The notes below the pieces were generated by a model that searched no databases, had not been told where the DNA came from, and was given only the letters and a program-made list of their open reading frames with translations. From an uncultured Candidatus Saccharibacteria bacterium (GTDB taxonomy: Bacteria; Patescibacteriota; Minisyncoccia; Phycocordibacterales; UBA5272): 58,886 nt of DNA. Every line of letters starts with the position of its first letter. Positions within the stretch are counted from its first letter, which is position 1. Below are positions 42,749 to 54,250 of this stretch, piece by piece. The translations under genes and the position numbers were made by a program. The DNA lies in contig CAZWMQ010000001.1 in NCBI GenBank assembly GCA_964635125.1, positions 150,386 through 209,271 of the forward strand, given 5' to 3'.

Positions 42749-44710
42749 CTATTTTATATTTAGACTTAATGATAATGAATATAATTTTCTAGTAAGTGAT
42801 GTTGGAGTTATTTTTTTATCTTTTTTATTTTGATAGAGATTTTTAGGAATAGTTAAAGAGATTTCATATAAATTATTTTTCTTGTCGATTTTCCAGATCG
42901 GTTCAGTATTTAATTTTTCTTCAGATACGATTCTTTTTAGTATCTTTTCAAAATTATTTTTAAGTTTTTCGTTTTTAGCTTCAATTTTTCAATTTAAAGT
43001 AATCGTAAATGGAGGAAGGTTTAATTGTTTTCTTAATTTTAATTCATCTTCTAGAAATTTAACTTTTTGATTATTTAAAATATATTTTCATATCGACTGC
43101 TTCATTAATCTAGTTTGAATAATTATTTCATTCTTAGACCTAGTCTTTTCGTTTAATTCTAAAATTAAATTAAAGATTTTACTATCTATATCTATTTCGG
43201 GAATAGCAAACAATGAATCAAGTGAAATTATAGAAACTAAGTCAGTTCTATAATCAGTATTTAAGAAATTTAAAGCTAGCTCTGTACCAATTAAGATGCT
43301 TGCCTCTTTCTCATTTTGTCAATCCTGAATTGTTTTTAAGATCTCCTTCTTGGTTTTCTCTTGATCGCTATCTAAAATAAAAGTCTTAAAACCAATCTCT
43401 TTTAAATTCTTAGCCACGGCTTCACTCCCAATACCGAGAGTTTTCATTCTCCAACTATTACAATTTTGGCAAATTAGATTTTTATTTTTGTCTAAATTTA
43501 GAATTTCTTTACAATTTTGACATTGATAAATTTTATCTCCAGCTTTATTCTTCACTAGAAGATAGGGTTTATCACATTTTGGACAAGTAAATATATTCTG
43601 ACAATCTTCACAAATAGTTACTGGATAAAGTCCTTTTCTTTTTACAAATAGAAACCCTTTACCACTATTCTTTTTAAGATTTTCTAATTTATCAATTAAT
43701 TCTTCACTAAAATATACTTTATTATATGAATTAGTTTTTTGATTATTTTTTAAAATTTTAAGATTATTTTTAATTTCTTTTTCCTCAATATCATCTTTAT
43801 TTTGACTGATTAATTTAAGATTTAATTTCTGATTATTATTTCTAACTTCCACTTTATTTTCTTTAGCTTCTAGATAAGTATTCATAGTTAAAAGTCGACC
43901 ACTAATCAATAAATTAAGATTTAAGTCTAACGAGACTTTTTTAATAACCTCTCGAAAATCAATCGGTTTAGAAATTAAATTATTTAAGTAATGTGGAGAG
44001 ATCTCATTATCTAAGACTATAGTTTCTAAGTTAATTTTGTCTTTAATTAGAATTGGAAAAAGAGAGGGAGTTGAGATAATTAAGAATAGGTTTTTAGAAT
44101 TAAGTTTTTTCAAGTTTTCTTTTAAATTTTTATTGCTTAATTTAGAGTGAAAGCTGAGTATATTTTTATTAGATATATTTCTCTTAAAATAATTTTCCAA
44201 AGTCTCAACCTCTAAGATAGTTGGAGTAAATATAACTATTGAATTATTTTTTTTAAACTCTTTTTGAGTTAATTTTAGATATTCATTTTGTCGATTAGTT
44301 AGATCTTCTAAGAGATAATTGGTTGTATTTCTATTTCTTTTCGACTTCAAAGTATCTTTATTGTTTAAGATTTTTGAATTATCATAAATAAAGTTTGGAA
44401 AATAATTACTTAAAATATCATTAATTTTGACAGATTGAAGTATGGCGATATCTTTTAGACTTTGAAAGAAGATTTCATCAATAAAATTCTCTTGAATAAC
44501 TTTTTCTATTTTTTTTAGAGTGAATTTTTTAGTCTTAATGTTTAGTTTTTGAGATTTAGCCAGAGATATATTATTAACTAGGCCAAGAATTTTACGATTT
44601 TTAATCTTTATTTCTACCAAACTACCGAGATTTAATAGTTGATTATGAAAATAAGTATAAGATTCATCTGGAAAACCTTTAGCGATTGGAATAATATCTA
44701 AAATATACAT
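42749..44710 (-). CDS. priA: Primosomal protein N' (PriA)-like, degenerate helicase motifs, 653 aa
   Basis: GSLVEIKIKNR 3'-binding domain, four CxxC motifs, LGIGSE, LIGTE, SLDSLF.IP; TGA 43319-21, 43088-90, 42989-91; TAG 42749-51. Confidence 0.8.
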
Positions 44711-44796
44711 TTTTAAATTATATATTATTTTTTAAATTTTCAATCTATTTTCTAATAATGGATTTTATGTTAAAGTATAGTAAAATTAAGAAAATT

Positions 44797-45810
44797 ATGG
44801 CATTTTGGATTAAGAAATTAGGAATAGATCTAGGTACAACTAATACTTTGATATATGTTCCTGGTAAAGGTATTGTTTTAAATGAACCCTCAGTAGTGGC
44901 AGTATCTAAAGAAGATGGACGAATTTTAGCTATAGGCAATAAGGCAAAAGAAATGATAGGCAAGACTCCGGGGACAATTATTGCTTATAGTCCAGTTAAA
45001 GACGGAGTAATTGCTAATTATAAAGTGACCGAAGCAATGCTGCGATATTATATTAATAAAGCTTTACCAAAATTTAATATTTTTAAACCAGAGATTATGT
45101 TATCAGTTCCAAGTGGGATTACTGGAACAGAAAGAAGAGCGGTGATCGAGGTAGCTCTAAAAGCTGGCGCTAAAAATGCTTATATTGTAAAGGAGCCAAT
45201 TTTAGCTGCGATTGGGGCTGGAATTCCAATTCATGAAGCTAGCGGAAGAATTATTGTTGATATTGGTGGAGGGATGACAGATGTGGCGGTAATATCTCTT
45301 GGAGGTATAGTTTGTTCTAAATCTATTAGATGTGCCGGAGAGAAAATGAATAAAGCTATTATTGATTATATGAAGAAAGCTCATAATTTGATTATCGGAG
45401 AACAAAGTGCTGAAGAATTAAAAATTGAAATTGGCTCAGCCTTACCATTAGAAGAAGAATTAAATTTAGAAGTAAAGGGTAGAGATGTTAATTCTGGATT
45501 ACCGAAAATAATTAAAGCTAAGACTAATGAAATAGTTAAAGCGATGGATAAAGAATTAAAACAAATAATTACTACCATCAAAAATGTTCTTCAAGAAACT
45601 CCACCAGAGCTATCCAAAGATATCATAGATAATGGAATTATTATGAGTGGAGGGTCTTCACTTTTAAGATATTTCCCTTTATTATTAGAAAGAAGGACTG
45701 GAGTAAAAGCTTCCTTAGCTACTGATCCAAGTTTCTGTGTTTCTAAAGGAACAGGACTGGCTTTAACACACTTAGATGTTTATAAAAAATCAATCTTAGC
45801 TAAAAGATAA
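44797..45810 (+). CDS. mreB: Rod-shape actin homologue MreB (paralog 1)
   Basis: GIDLGTTNT, VLNEPSVVA, VDIGGG, MSGGSSLL. Confidence 0.93.
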   Translation: MAFWIKKLGIDLGTTNTLIYVPGKGIVLNEPSVVAVSKEDGRILAIGNKAKEMIGKTPGTIIAYSPVKDGVIANYKVTEAMLRYYINKALPKFNIFKPEIMLSVPSGITGTERRAVIEVALKAGAKNAYIVKEPILAAIGAGIPIHEASGRIIVDIGGGMTDVAVISLGGIVCSKSIRCAGEKMNKAIIDYMKKAHNLIIGEQSAEELKIEIGSALPLEEELNLEVKGRDVNSGLPKIIKAKTNEIVKAMDKELKQIITTIKNVLQETPPELSKDIIDNGIIMSGGSSLLRYFPLLLERRTGVKASLATDPSFCVSKGTGLALTHLDVYKKSILAKR

Positions 45811-45824
45811 GTTAAAATTAAGAT

Positions 45825-46616
45825 ATGTCTAATCTTAACTTAGAAAATAATCAACAATTAGGAAAAGCATTCCAAGATTTTATAAATACCAAACAACAGG
45901 CTTACCTTTTAAGAAGTGATGATAGAGATATTATCTATAATTATTTTATGGGTAATTTAAAAAATAATCCTAATTTAGAAAGTGAAGAAAACTTCACTTT
46001 AAATTTACAAGTTTTTGATATTGGGAAAGCTAGATTATTAATTGAGTATTTAAAAAATAATTTTTCCAATTTACATTTGGTTATAATTTCTTTCTATTCA
46101 ATTAATGAAGCTAGTCAAAATGCACTTTTAAAAGCTCTAGAAGATATACCGGAGAATATTAAAATTATTTTAATTGTAAATATTCAGACTAAACTTTTAA
46201 ATACAGTCTTATCTCGGCTATATTTTTTAGATAATTTATATTTATTAGGGGAAGATTATCAAGATATTAATTTAAAAGATTTAACTAAAGAATTTTTAAA
46301 AACTAAACAGATTGAGAGGATGAATTTAAAAGGTATTAAAGAAATTTTAGAAAAAAAAGATGAATATGCCGAGGAAAATGGAAATAAAGAGAGAGCTGAT
46401 CGAGAAATTTTAGAAAATTTTTTAAAAGAATTACAGACTTTAATATTTCAAGATTTAGAAAATAATATTAAGAGAGATAGTTTAGATGGGATTAAAAAAC
46501 AAAGTGAATACTTAGAAGATATCAATCAGTCTTTAAGATATATAAAGTTAAATTCTAGTAGTGGTAAGACGATTTTTGAATTCTTATCCTTAAAATTACC
46601 AATAATTAAAATCTAA
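45825..46616 (+). CDS. Degenerate DNA polymerase III delta-prime-like protein
   Basis: EASQNALLKALED..LLNTVLSR clamp-loader motif. Confidence 0.6.
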   Translation: MSNLNLENNQQLGKAFQDFINTKQQAYLLRSDDRDIIYNYFMGNLKNNPNLESEENFTLNLQVFDIGKARLLIEYLKNNFSNLHLVIISFYSINEASQNALLKALEDIPENIKIILIVNIQTKLLNTVLSRLYFLDNLYLLGEDYQDINLKDLTKEFLKTKQIERMNLKGIKEILEKKDEYAEENGNKERADREILENFLKELQTLIFQDLENNIKRDSLDGIKKQSEYLEDINQSLRYIKLNSSSGKTIFEFLSLKLPIIKI

Positions 46617-46664
46617 TTGTATTTTTTTGAAAATCAAGCATTATGTTATAATGTTTAAAAATAT

Positions 46665-47219
46665 ATGATATACGATTTTAAAAATTTTAAATTAGAGACT
46701 GAAAAGATTATTAATTATTTAATCGGAGAATATAAAACTATTCAGACTGGCTCAGCAACTCCACAAGTCTTAGATAAAATTTTAGTCGAAGCCTACGGCT
46801 CTAAACTAAATATTTCTCATATAGCTTCAATTAATATTGAATCTTCTGAAAATTTAATAATCAGCCCATATGATAAAAGTTTATTAAAGGATATAGAGAA
46901 GGCAATCAATGAAGCTAATCTTGGAGTTTCAACTTCTCCAGACGGATCTAATTTAAGAGTTTATTTTCCTAGACCAACTACAGAGTCCCGTGAGAGAATG
47001 GTGAAAGTATTAAAAGAGAAATTAGAAGAATCGAGAGTCAAGGTTAGAAGTATTCGAGAAGAAGTTAAAAAAGAAATTGAAAAAGGGACGAAAGATTCTG
47101 AATATGGTAAAGATGATGAAAAAAGATATTTAGAAGAATTACAAAATAAAGTTGATACGACAAATGAAGAATTAGAAAATCTTTTTAAGAAAAAAGAAAG
47201 TGAAGTCTTAGGGAATTAA
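46665..47219 (+). CDS. frr: Ribosome recycling factor
   Basis: IQTGSATP.LD..VEAYG, SPYDKS, PTTESRE. Confidence 0.93.
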   Translation: MIYDFKNFKLETEKIINYLIGEYKTIQTGSATPQVLDKILVEAYGSKLNISHIASINIESSENLIISPYDKSLLKDIEKAINEANLGVSTSPDGSNLRVYFPRPTTESRERMVKVLKEKLEESRVKVRSIREEVKKEIEKGTKDSEYGKDDEKRYLEELQNKVDTTNEELENLFKKKESEVLGN

Positions 47220-47233
47220 TTATAAATTAAATT

Positions 47234-48397
47234 ATGACGATTATTATTTTTATTATTATACTTTTACTCTTAGTGATTATTCATGAAGGAGGGCATTTTT
47301 TTGCGGCGAAAGCCTCTAAGGTTCGGGTGGATGAATTTGCTTTTGGATTTCCCCCAAGAATCTGGTCTAAGAAAAAGGGCGAAACTATTTATGCGATTAA
47401 TGCTTTACCATTAGGTGGTTATGTAAAAATTTACGGTGAGAATGGAGAAAGTGTCGAAGGAGATAAGAGAAGTTTTGTAAACAAACATCCTTTAAAGCAA
47501 ATTTTTATTTTAATTGCCGGAGTTTTGATGAATTTAATTTTAGCTTATTTTTTGATTACACTTTCTACTTATTTGAATACTAATATTCCAGTAAATCGTG
47601 ACGATCCAGAATATCAGAAGTTAATGAATGAAGGTAGAATTAAATCTGAACAAGCGATGATTATTGAGATTGTAAAAGGTTCCCCAGCTTCTCTTTCTCC
47701 ATTAAAAGTCGGTGATAAGCTTATTAAGATCACAGCCAATCAAGAGAGTTTGGCTGGTAAGATTATAAATTCTAAAGAGATCGATTTATCTGAAACCGAT
47801 GAAGAAATTGTCAAAGACATTTCAAACTATATTAATGGTAATTCGGTTTATAGTGATTCGATAACTTTTACTTTCAAAGACAATCATAATAATATTTCTT
47901 CAACGACAATCGCTGGAGTTTATAATTTAGAAGGATTAGAGGAGAAGAAAATGATAGGAGTAGCTTTAACTAAAGTGGCTCAAGCCAAATTAAGTTTAAT
48001 TGATACCATTAAGTATGGATTTGAAAAAACCACTGAATATATAAAATTAACCATACTTGGTTTTCGGGATTTAATTATCAACTTAATTAAGACGGGGAAA
48101 ATCAATCAAGAGATTGCTGGTCCAGTTGGTATTGTTTCGGCAGTCGGGCAAGCTAGAGGATTAGGGTTTGATTATTTATTAACTTTTACAGCTATTTTAT
48201 CAATTTCATTAGCTATATTTAATATTTTACCAATACCAGCTCTTGACGGAGGAAGAATATTATTTGTTTTGATAGAGTGAATTACTCGAAAGAAAATTTC
48301 TCAGAAATGGCAAAATATACTAAATGCCGCAGGGTTTATATTATTAATCTTATTAATGATTTTAGTGACAATTAAAGATGTAATTAAATTGTTTTAA
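47234..48397 (+). CDS. RseP-like site-2 protease (M50)
   Basis: IHEGGHF, FGFPP, LPLGGYV, GPVGI, NILPIPALDGG; TGA 48278-80 read through to TAA 48395-97. Confidence 0.92.
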
Positions 48398-48426
48398 AAA
48401 ATAGTGTAAAATAATAATATAAAAAT

Positions 48427-49680
48427 ATGCAACAATCTAAACTTTTCACTAAAACTCAAAAAGAAATCCCAGCTGACGAAACAGCAAAAAATGCCAAACT
48501 TTTAATTCAGGCCGGATTTGCCTATAAAGAAATGGCTGGAGTTTATACTTTATTACCACTAGGCTTAAGAGTTCTTAAAAAGATTGAAAATATTATTCGT
48601 GATGAAATGAATCAAGTTGGTGGAATCGAAATGCAAACTTCAGTATTACAAAGTAAAGAAGTTTGGGAAAAAACTAATCGTTGGAGTGATGAAGTGGTTG
48701 ATAATTGATTTAAAACTAAACTTAAAAATGATACTGAGCTTGGTTTATCATTTACTAATGAAGAAGCTTATACTAGTCTATTGAAACAATATATTTCTTC
48801 TTATAAAGATTTACCAATTTATACGTATGATTTTAAGAGTATATTTAGAAATGAAGTCAGAAGTAAATCTGGACTTATGCGAGGACGAGAGTTTTATTGG
48901 AAAGCACTTTATTCTTTTTCTAAAAACAAAGTTGAGCATGATGAATTCTATGAGAAAATAAAAAATGTTTATCAGAGAATATTTAATAGAGTTGGAATTG
49001 GAGAGAATACATATTTAACTTTTGCTTCTGGTGGAACATTTTCAAAATACTCTCATGAATTTCAAACCATATCGGAAGCTGGTGAGGATATTATTTACTT
49101 AGATAAAAGGAAAAATTTAGCAATTAATCAAGAAGTTTATAATGATGAAGTTTTAAAAGAGCTAGGAATTAATAAGAGTGATGTAACAGAAGAGAAAGCC
49201 ATTGAAGTCGGTAATATATTTTCACTCGGAGAAAAGTTTTCAAAACCATTAAACTTAAATTATAAAACCGAAACTGGAGAAACTGAGCTTGTATATATGG
49301 GGAGTTATGGGATTGGTTTAACTCGATTGATGGGGACGGCGGTTGAAGTGTTATCCGATGAGAAAGGGATAGTTTGGCCAGAAAGTATTTCTCCATTTCA
49401 AATTCACTTACTAACTTTATTTAATAATCAAGACGATGAAAGTTATAAATTATCAAGTGAGATTTATAATAAGTTATTAGTCAAGGGAGTAGAAGTTTTA
49501 TGGGATGATAGAGAAGGAAAAAGTGCTGGGGAAAAGTTTAACGATGCTGATTTAATAGGTATAACAATTAGAGTAATTATTTCGGCTAAATCTTTAGAAA
49601 ATGGCGGAGTGGAAATTAAAAATAGAAATGAAAAAGAATCTAAAGTTATATCAATAGGAGAATTTTTAGAGAAATTTTAG
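48427..49680 (+). CDS. proS: Prolyl-tRNA synthetase (short form)
   Basis: LPLGLRV, FRNE.R..SGLMRGREF, GSYGIG; TGA 48706-08. Confidence 0.93.
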
Positions 49681-49750
49681 AGTATTTTTAGAAGTTTTAT
49701 TTTTGGCGAAATAGCTTTCTTTATGATAAGATATAAAGACTTTAAAAGCT

Positions 49751-50809
49751 ATGTTTAAGAAATATTTAACTAGATTTTCAAATGATATAGGGATTGATCT
49801 TGGGACAACTAATACTTTAGTTTCTTTAAGAGGTTTAGGTGTTGTGATTAATGAGCCGTCAGTTGTAGCGGTCAATAATAAAACTAATAAAATTATCGCT
49901 ATTGGAAGCGAGGCTAAGAAAATGATGGGTCGAACCCCAGAACACATCTCTATAGTTAGACCAATTATTGATGGAGTTATATCTGACTATGAAGTCACAG
50001 AAGAATTTTTATCATATTTAATTAATAAAGCTAATAATTTAAGTAAAAAACTTTTAAGACCAAGAGTAGTTATCGGTATTCCAATTGGAGTAACTGATGT
50101 TGAAATTCGAGCGGTGGAAGATGCAGCTACCACCGCTGGGGCTAGCCAGGTTCATATTATTGAAGAACCAGCTGCAGCTGCAATTGGTATGGGTTTACCA
50201 GTAGAATCCCCAAAGGGTTCTATGATTGTAGATATTGGTGGAGGGACTACTGATATAGCTATATTATCTTTGTCTGGAATAGTTGGTCGTAAAAGTTTAA
50301 AAATTGCTGGGGATAAAATGAATCAAGATATAGTTACTTATATTAAGAATAATTATAAAGTATTAATCGGAGAGAAAACATCTGAAGAAATTAAAATAGA
50401 TATCGCTAGAGCTTTACCTGGCGATTTTAATGATAATATGACAGTATCAGTAAAAGGTAGAGATTTAGTTACAGGATTACCGAAAGAAATTATTGTTGAA
50501 TCCGAGGATGTTAGAGAGGCTATTTATCCAAGTCTAAATATGATTGGAGAAGCTATTAAAGAAACTTTAGAATTAGCTCCACCTGAAGTTTTAGGTGATA
50601 TTTTGAGAGACGGTATAATCTTGACCGGAGGAGGAGCTTTGATAAAAGATATTGATAAGTTGTTTCAATCTCAATTAAATGTGAACATTTTAAGATCAGC
50701 TAATCCATTAGTAGATGTAGCTCAAGGCGCAGAATTTGTCTTAGTAAATTTAGATAAATATAAAGATTTTTTAATTTCGAACCTTAAGAAAGATATACTA
50801 ACTATTTAA
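49751..50809 (+). CDS. mreB: Rod-shape actin homologue MreB (paralog 2)
   Basis: GIDLGTTNT, IVDIGGGTTD, LTGGGALI; upstream of mreC. Confidence 0.95.
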   Translation: MFKKYLTRFSNDIGIDLGTTNTLVSLRGLGVVINEPSVVAVNNKTNKIIAIGSEAKKMMGRTPEHISIVRPIIDGVISDYEVTEEFLSYLINKANNLSKKLLRPRVVIGIPIGVTDVEIRAVEDAATTAGASQVHIIEEPAAAAIGMGLPVESPKGSMIVDIGGGTTDIAILSLSGIVGRKSLKIAGDKMNQDIVTYIKNNYKVLIGEKTSEEIKIDIARALPGDFNDNMTVSVKGRDLVTGLPKEIIVESEDVREAIYPSLNMIGEAIKETLELAPPEVLGDILRDGIILTGGGALIKDIDKLFQSQLNVNILRSANPLVDVAQGAEFVLVNLDKYKDFLISNLKKDILTI

Positions 50810-50834
50810 TCTTAATTTGTTATAATCTATTGTA

Positions 50835-51743
50835 ATGATGAAAATTCATAAATTCAAATCTTTTAAATTAAATATTTTATTTATTCTTTTGTTTTTAAGC
50901 TTACTTATTTTTTTCCCAAAATTAAAAAAGTATATTGGTAATCAAAGCTTAAATAATAATCAGGCAAGTAAATTTTTGGTCATTGTGAATAAGGTTAATG
51001 AATCAATAATTTTTACTTTTGATAATTTTCTAAATTATTTTAAGACTAAAAAAGCATTAATTTCTGAAATTGATAACCTTAAAATAGAATTAAATCAATA
51101 TACCATGGATAAAGTTATTAATTCAAATACCGTTGAAACTAATTTATATTCAGATAAAAATAAAGACCAATTTATACCTGCCTCAATGATTTTCAGAGAT
51201 TTTACAAGCATCTATGATACTATTCTTTTGGATAAAGGTAGTACAGATGGGGTCAAGATAGGAGATTTTGTTTTTATTGATCAAGATAAAGTCATTGGTG
51301 AAATTAGTCAATTAAGTTTAAATAACTCAGTTGCGACTTTGTTTTCTAAGAATCAAGAAAAAGTTGAAGGAATTATAAATGCAATCAGAGGTAAAGATAC
51401 TTTAGTAGCTGATAATTTAAAGATACTTAATAATCCCACTACTTCCAATTCTGATTTAAATAATATTTCTTCTTCTACAGTTTCTATTTATAAAAATAGC
51501 TCTAATTCAGAAAATATTTTGATTGATTTGTATGGATATGGTGGTGGGGATTTTTTCGCAGAAATACCAGCTAATATTCAAGTCGAATTAGGTTCTAAGA
51601 TTAATTTTGCTTCAGATGAGCATAAATTAATTGGTGAAGTTGTTAATATTGAAAAAAAGGATGCCTCTTATTATCAAAGATTATTAATTAAAGGATATTA
51701 TAATCCAAGGGTGAGTAATAATTATTTCATTTTAAAAAATTAA
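50835..51743 (+). CDS. mreC: Rod-shape protein MreC
   Basis: TM, coiled coil, ILLDKGSTDGVKIGD; synteny. Confidence 0.8.
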   Translation: MMKIHKFKSFKLNILFILLFLSLLIFFPKLKKYIGNQSLNNNQASKFLVIVNKVNESIIFTFDNFLNYFKTKKALISEIDNLKIELNQYTMDKVINSNTVETNLYSDKNKDQFIPASMIFRDFTSIYDTILLDKGSTDGVKIGDFVFIDQDKVIGEISQLSLNNSVATLFSKNQEKVEGIINAIRGKDTLVADNLKILNNPTTSNSDLNNISSSTVSIYKNSSNSENILIDLYGYGGGDFFAEIPANIQVELGSKINFASDEHKLIGEVVNIEKKDASYYQRLLIKGYYNPRVSNNYFILKN

Positions 51744-51746
51744 TTT

Positions 51747-51926
51747 ATGTTATCAAGAAGTAGAACAATCTTAAAGTTAATATCTTATTTATTACTTATA
51801 ATTTTATTTTGTTTTTGTTTTTTTTATGATTTAGCAATGTCTAATAATAATTTTCCAGTTATGACTACAGTTTATTTTATATTTTATTTATTGTATAAAT
51901 TTCTAAAAAGGTTTATAAGATTTTAA
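51747..51926 (+). CDS. 59-aa two-TM miniprotein at the mreD position (not in track)
   Basis: Fills the mreC-pbp2 gap (3-nt and 6-nt spacers); two hydrophobic helices. Confidence 0.55.
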   Translation: MLSRSRTILKLISYLLLIILFCFCFFYDLAMSNNNFPVMTTVYFIFYLLYKFLKRFIRF

Positions 51927-51932
51927 TAAAAT

Positions 51933-53681
51933 ATGATAATAAAAAATATTCTTAAAAAGATTTTTAAAAAAAGAAAAAGAAGCGGAGAAATAAATCCAGA
52001 AGATATCTTTTTAGACTCGACTAATTTAATTGGTTTAGATAATGATAGAGAAGAAGCTTTTTTCAACAGACCAATTTCAATTTTTATGGGATATTTACCA
52101 GCGAGTTTTTTATTAATAGTTTTATTTGTTTTTAGTTATAGATTATATATCTTAAGTATTAAGAATTTCGATTTTTATAAAGATAAAGCTAACAATAATC
52201 GTTATAATGCTAATATAATTTTGGCTAATCGAGGTGAAATTTTTGATCGTAATGGACAAATTTTAGCTGAGAATATAGTATCTTCTACTACTAATATTTT
52301 AAAAAGAGAATATATTAAAGACGGGGGGTTTTCTAATATTTTAGGGTATATTAATTATCCTAAAAAAGATGATTCAGGAAATTATTGGCAAAATAATTAT
52401 ATTGGTAAGGATGGAGTAGAACTTATTTATAATGACCTATTATCAGGTATTAATGGGCAACAAATTATTGAAAAAGATGTTAAATCTGCAGTAGAGTCAG
52501 AAAATCTTTTAGTTAAACCAATTCCCGGAGCTAATTTAAATTTAACTATAGATGCTGAATTACAAAAAAGATTATTTAACTCTACTAAAGCCGTAGTTAA
52601 TAATAGGAATTTTATATCTGGAACAGGAATTATTATGAATATTAAAAACGGAGAGATTCTAGCCATGGTTAATTATCCAGAATATGATAATAATTTGATG
52701 ACCAATAGTAATAGTCAAGAAGATAATCAAAAAATTAAAAACCTTCTACAAGACAAAAGGAATCCTTTTCTAAATAGAGCCGTATCAGGATTATTTACTC
52801 CTGGATCAGTAGTTAAACCATTTATGGCTTATGCTGCTTTAAATGAGAAAGTAATTACTCCAGAGAAACAAATTTATTCATCAGGTCAATTAGTTATAAA
52901 AAATATATATGGAGGTCCAGACACTGTATTTCGTGATTGGAAAGCTCATGGTTATATTAATGTAGTTAGAGCTTTAGCGGAGTCGTCGGATGAATATTTT
53001 TATCAAGTAGGAGGTGGCTATAAAGATCAACCCGGTTTAGGGATTGATAGGATTGATAAATATGCTAAACTTTTTGGTTTGACAGACGAGACAAAGATTG
53101 ACTTACCGAATGAAGAAACAGGAATAATACCAACTCCAGAATGAAAAAGAATTAATTTTTTAGATGGAGATTGATTATTAGGAGATACTTATCACACTTC
53201 AATTGGACAATATGGTTTCCAGGTTACTCCAATTGAATTGATACGATATATTGCTGCCATTGGTAATGGTGGATATTTAGTAACTCCACATATTTTTCTT
53301 TCAGCTACTTCAACCGAGGATTCTTCTTTGATAGACCAGTTAAATTCTAAGACTTGGCCTATAATTGATTTAGGTTTAGATAAATCACTTTTACAATATG
53401 TCGAAGAGGGTATGAAAGAAGTAGTTTTACCTAATGGGACTGTGCCACAATTAAATATTAAAGGATTAAATATGGCAGTTAAGTCTGGAACAGCTGAACT
53501 AGGTATAGTTAAGGGTAAAGTCAATTCTTTAATTACAGGTTATTTTCCTTTTGATAATCCAAAATATGTCTTTACGGTTATAGTTGAAAATGGTCCAGTT
53601 GGAGCACCTTCTCCAGCGGCACAGGTAATTCAGCCAGTTTTAGAATATATAGCTTCTCATAAAGATGATTATTTACCATAG
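51933..53681 (+). CDS. mrdA: Penicillin-binding protein 2
   Basis: PGSVVKP (SxxK), ESSDEYFY, KSGTAE; TGA 53142-44 and 53172-74; synteny with mreBC. Confidence 0.9.
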
Positions 53682-53752
53682 AATAAATATTATATTTTCA
53701 AATCAGTATAAATATGTTATATTAAATAAATAATTTAAATTAAAATAAATCT

Positions 53753-54229
53753 ATGATAAAAGAAGTTAAAGGATACATAACTAAGGAAAAAAAACAGGAA
53801 CTAGAAACAGAATTAAAATATTTAGAGTCAGTTCGTAGAAAGGAAATCGCTGATGCCATTGAATGAGCAAAGTCACTTGGAGACTTATCTGAAAATGCTG
53901 AATATGCTCAAGCTCGTGAAGATCAAGGACATGTTGAAGCTCGTATTAGTGAGATTGAGAATATTATACAAAATGCTATAATTTCTGGAGAAAATTTAAA
54001 ATCTGACGATCATGTTCGAGTTGGTTCAGTGGTGACAGTTAAAAATACTGAGGAGAATTTCGAACAGACTTATACTATTGTTGGCTCAGAAGAGATTAAT
54101 ATTGAAGAAGGAAAGATCTCTAACGAATCTCCGCTTGGTAATGCTTTATTAGGTCATGTTGAAGGTGATAAAATAACTTTCCGTAGCCCAAAAGGTGAAA
54201 ATACTTATAAAATCTTAAAAGTGAATTAA
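53753..54229 (+). CDS. greA: Transcription elongation factor GreA
   Basis: AIE(W)AKSLGDLSENAEY, ISNESPLGNALLG; ATG 53753, TGA 53864-66. Confidence 0.96.
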
Positions 54230-54250
54230 GACTTATAAGATTTTTAATTT

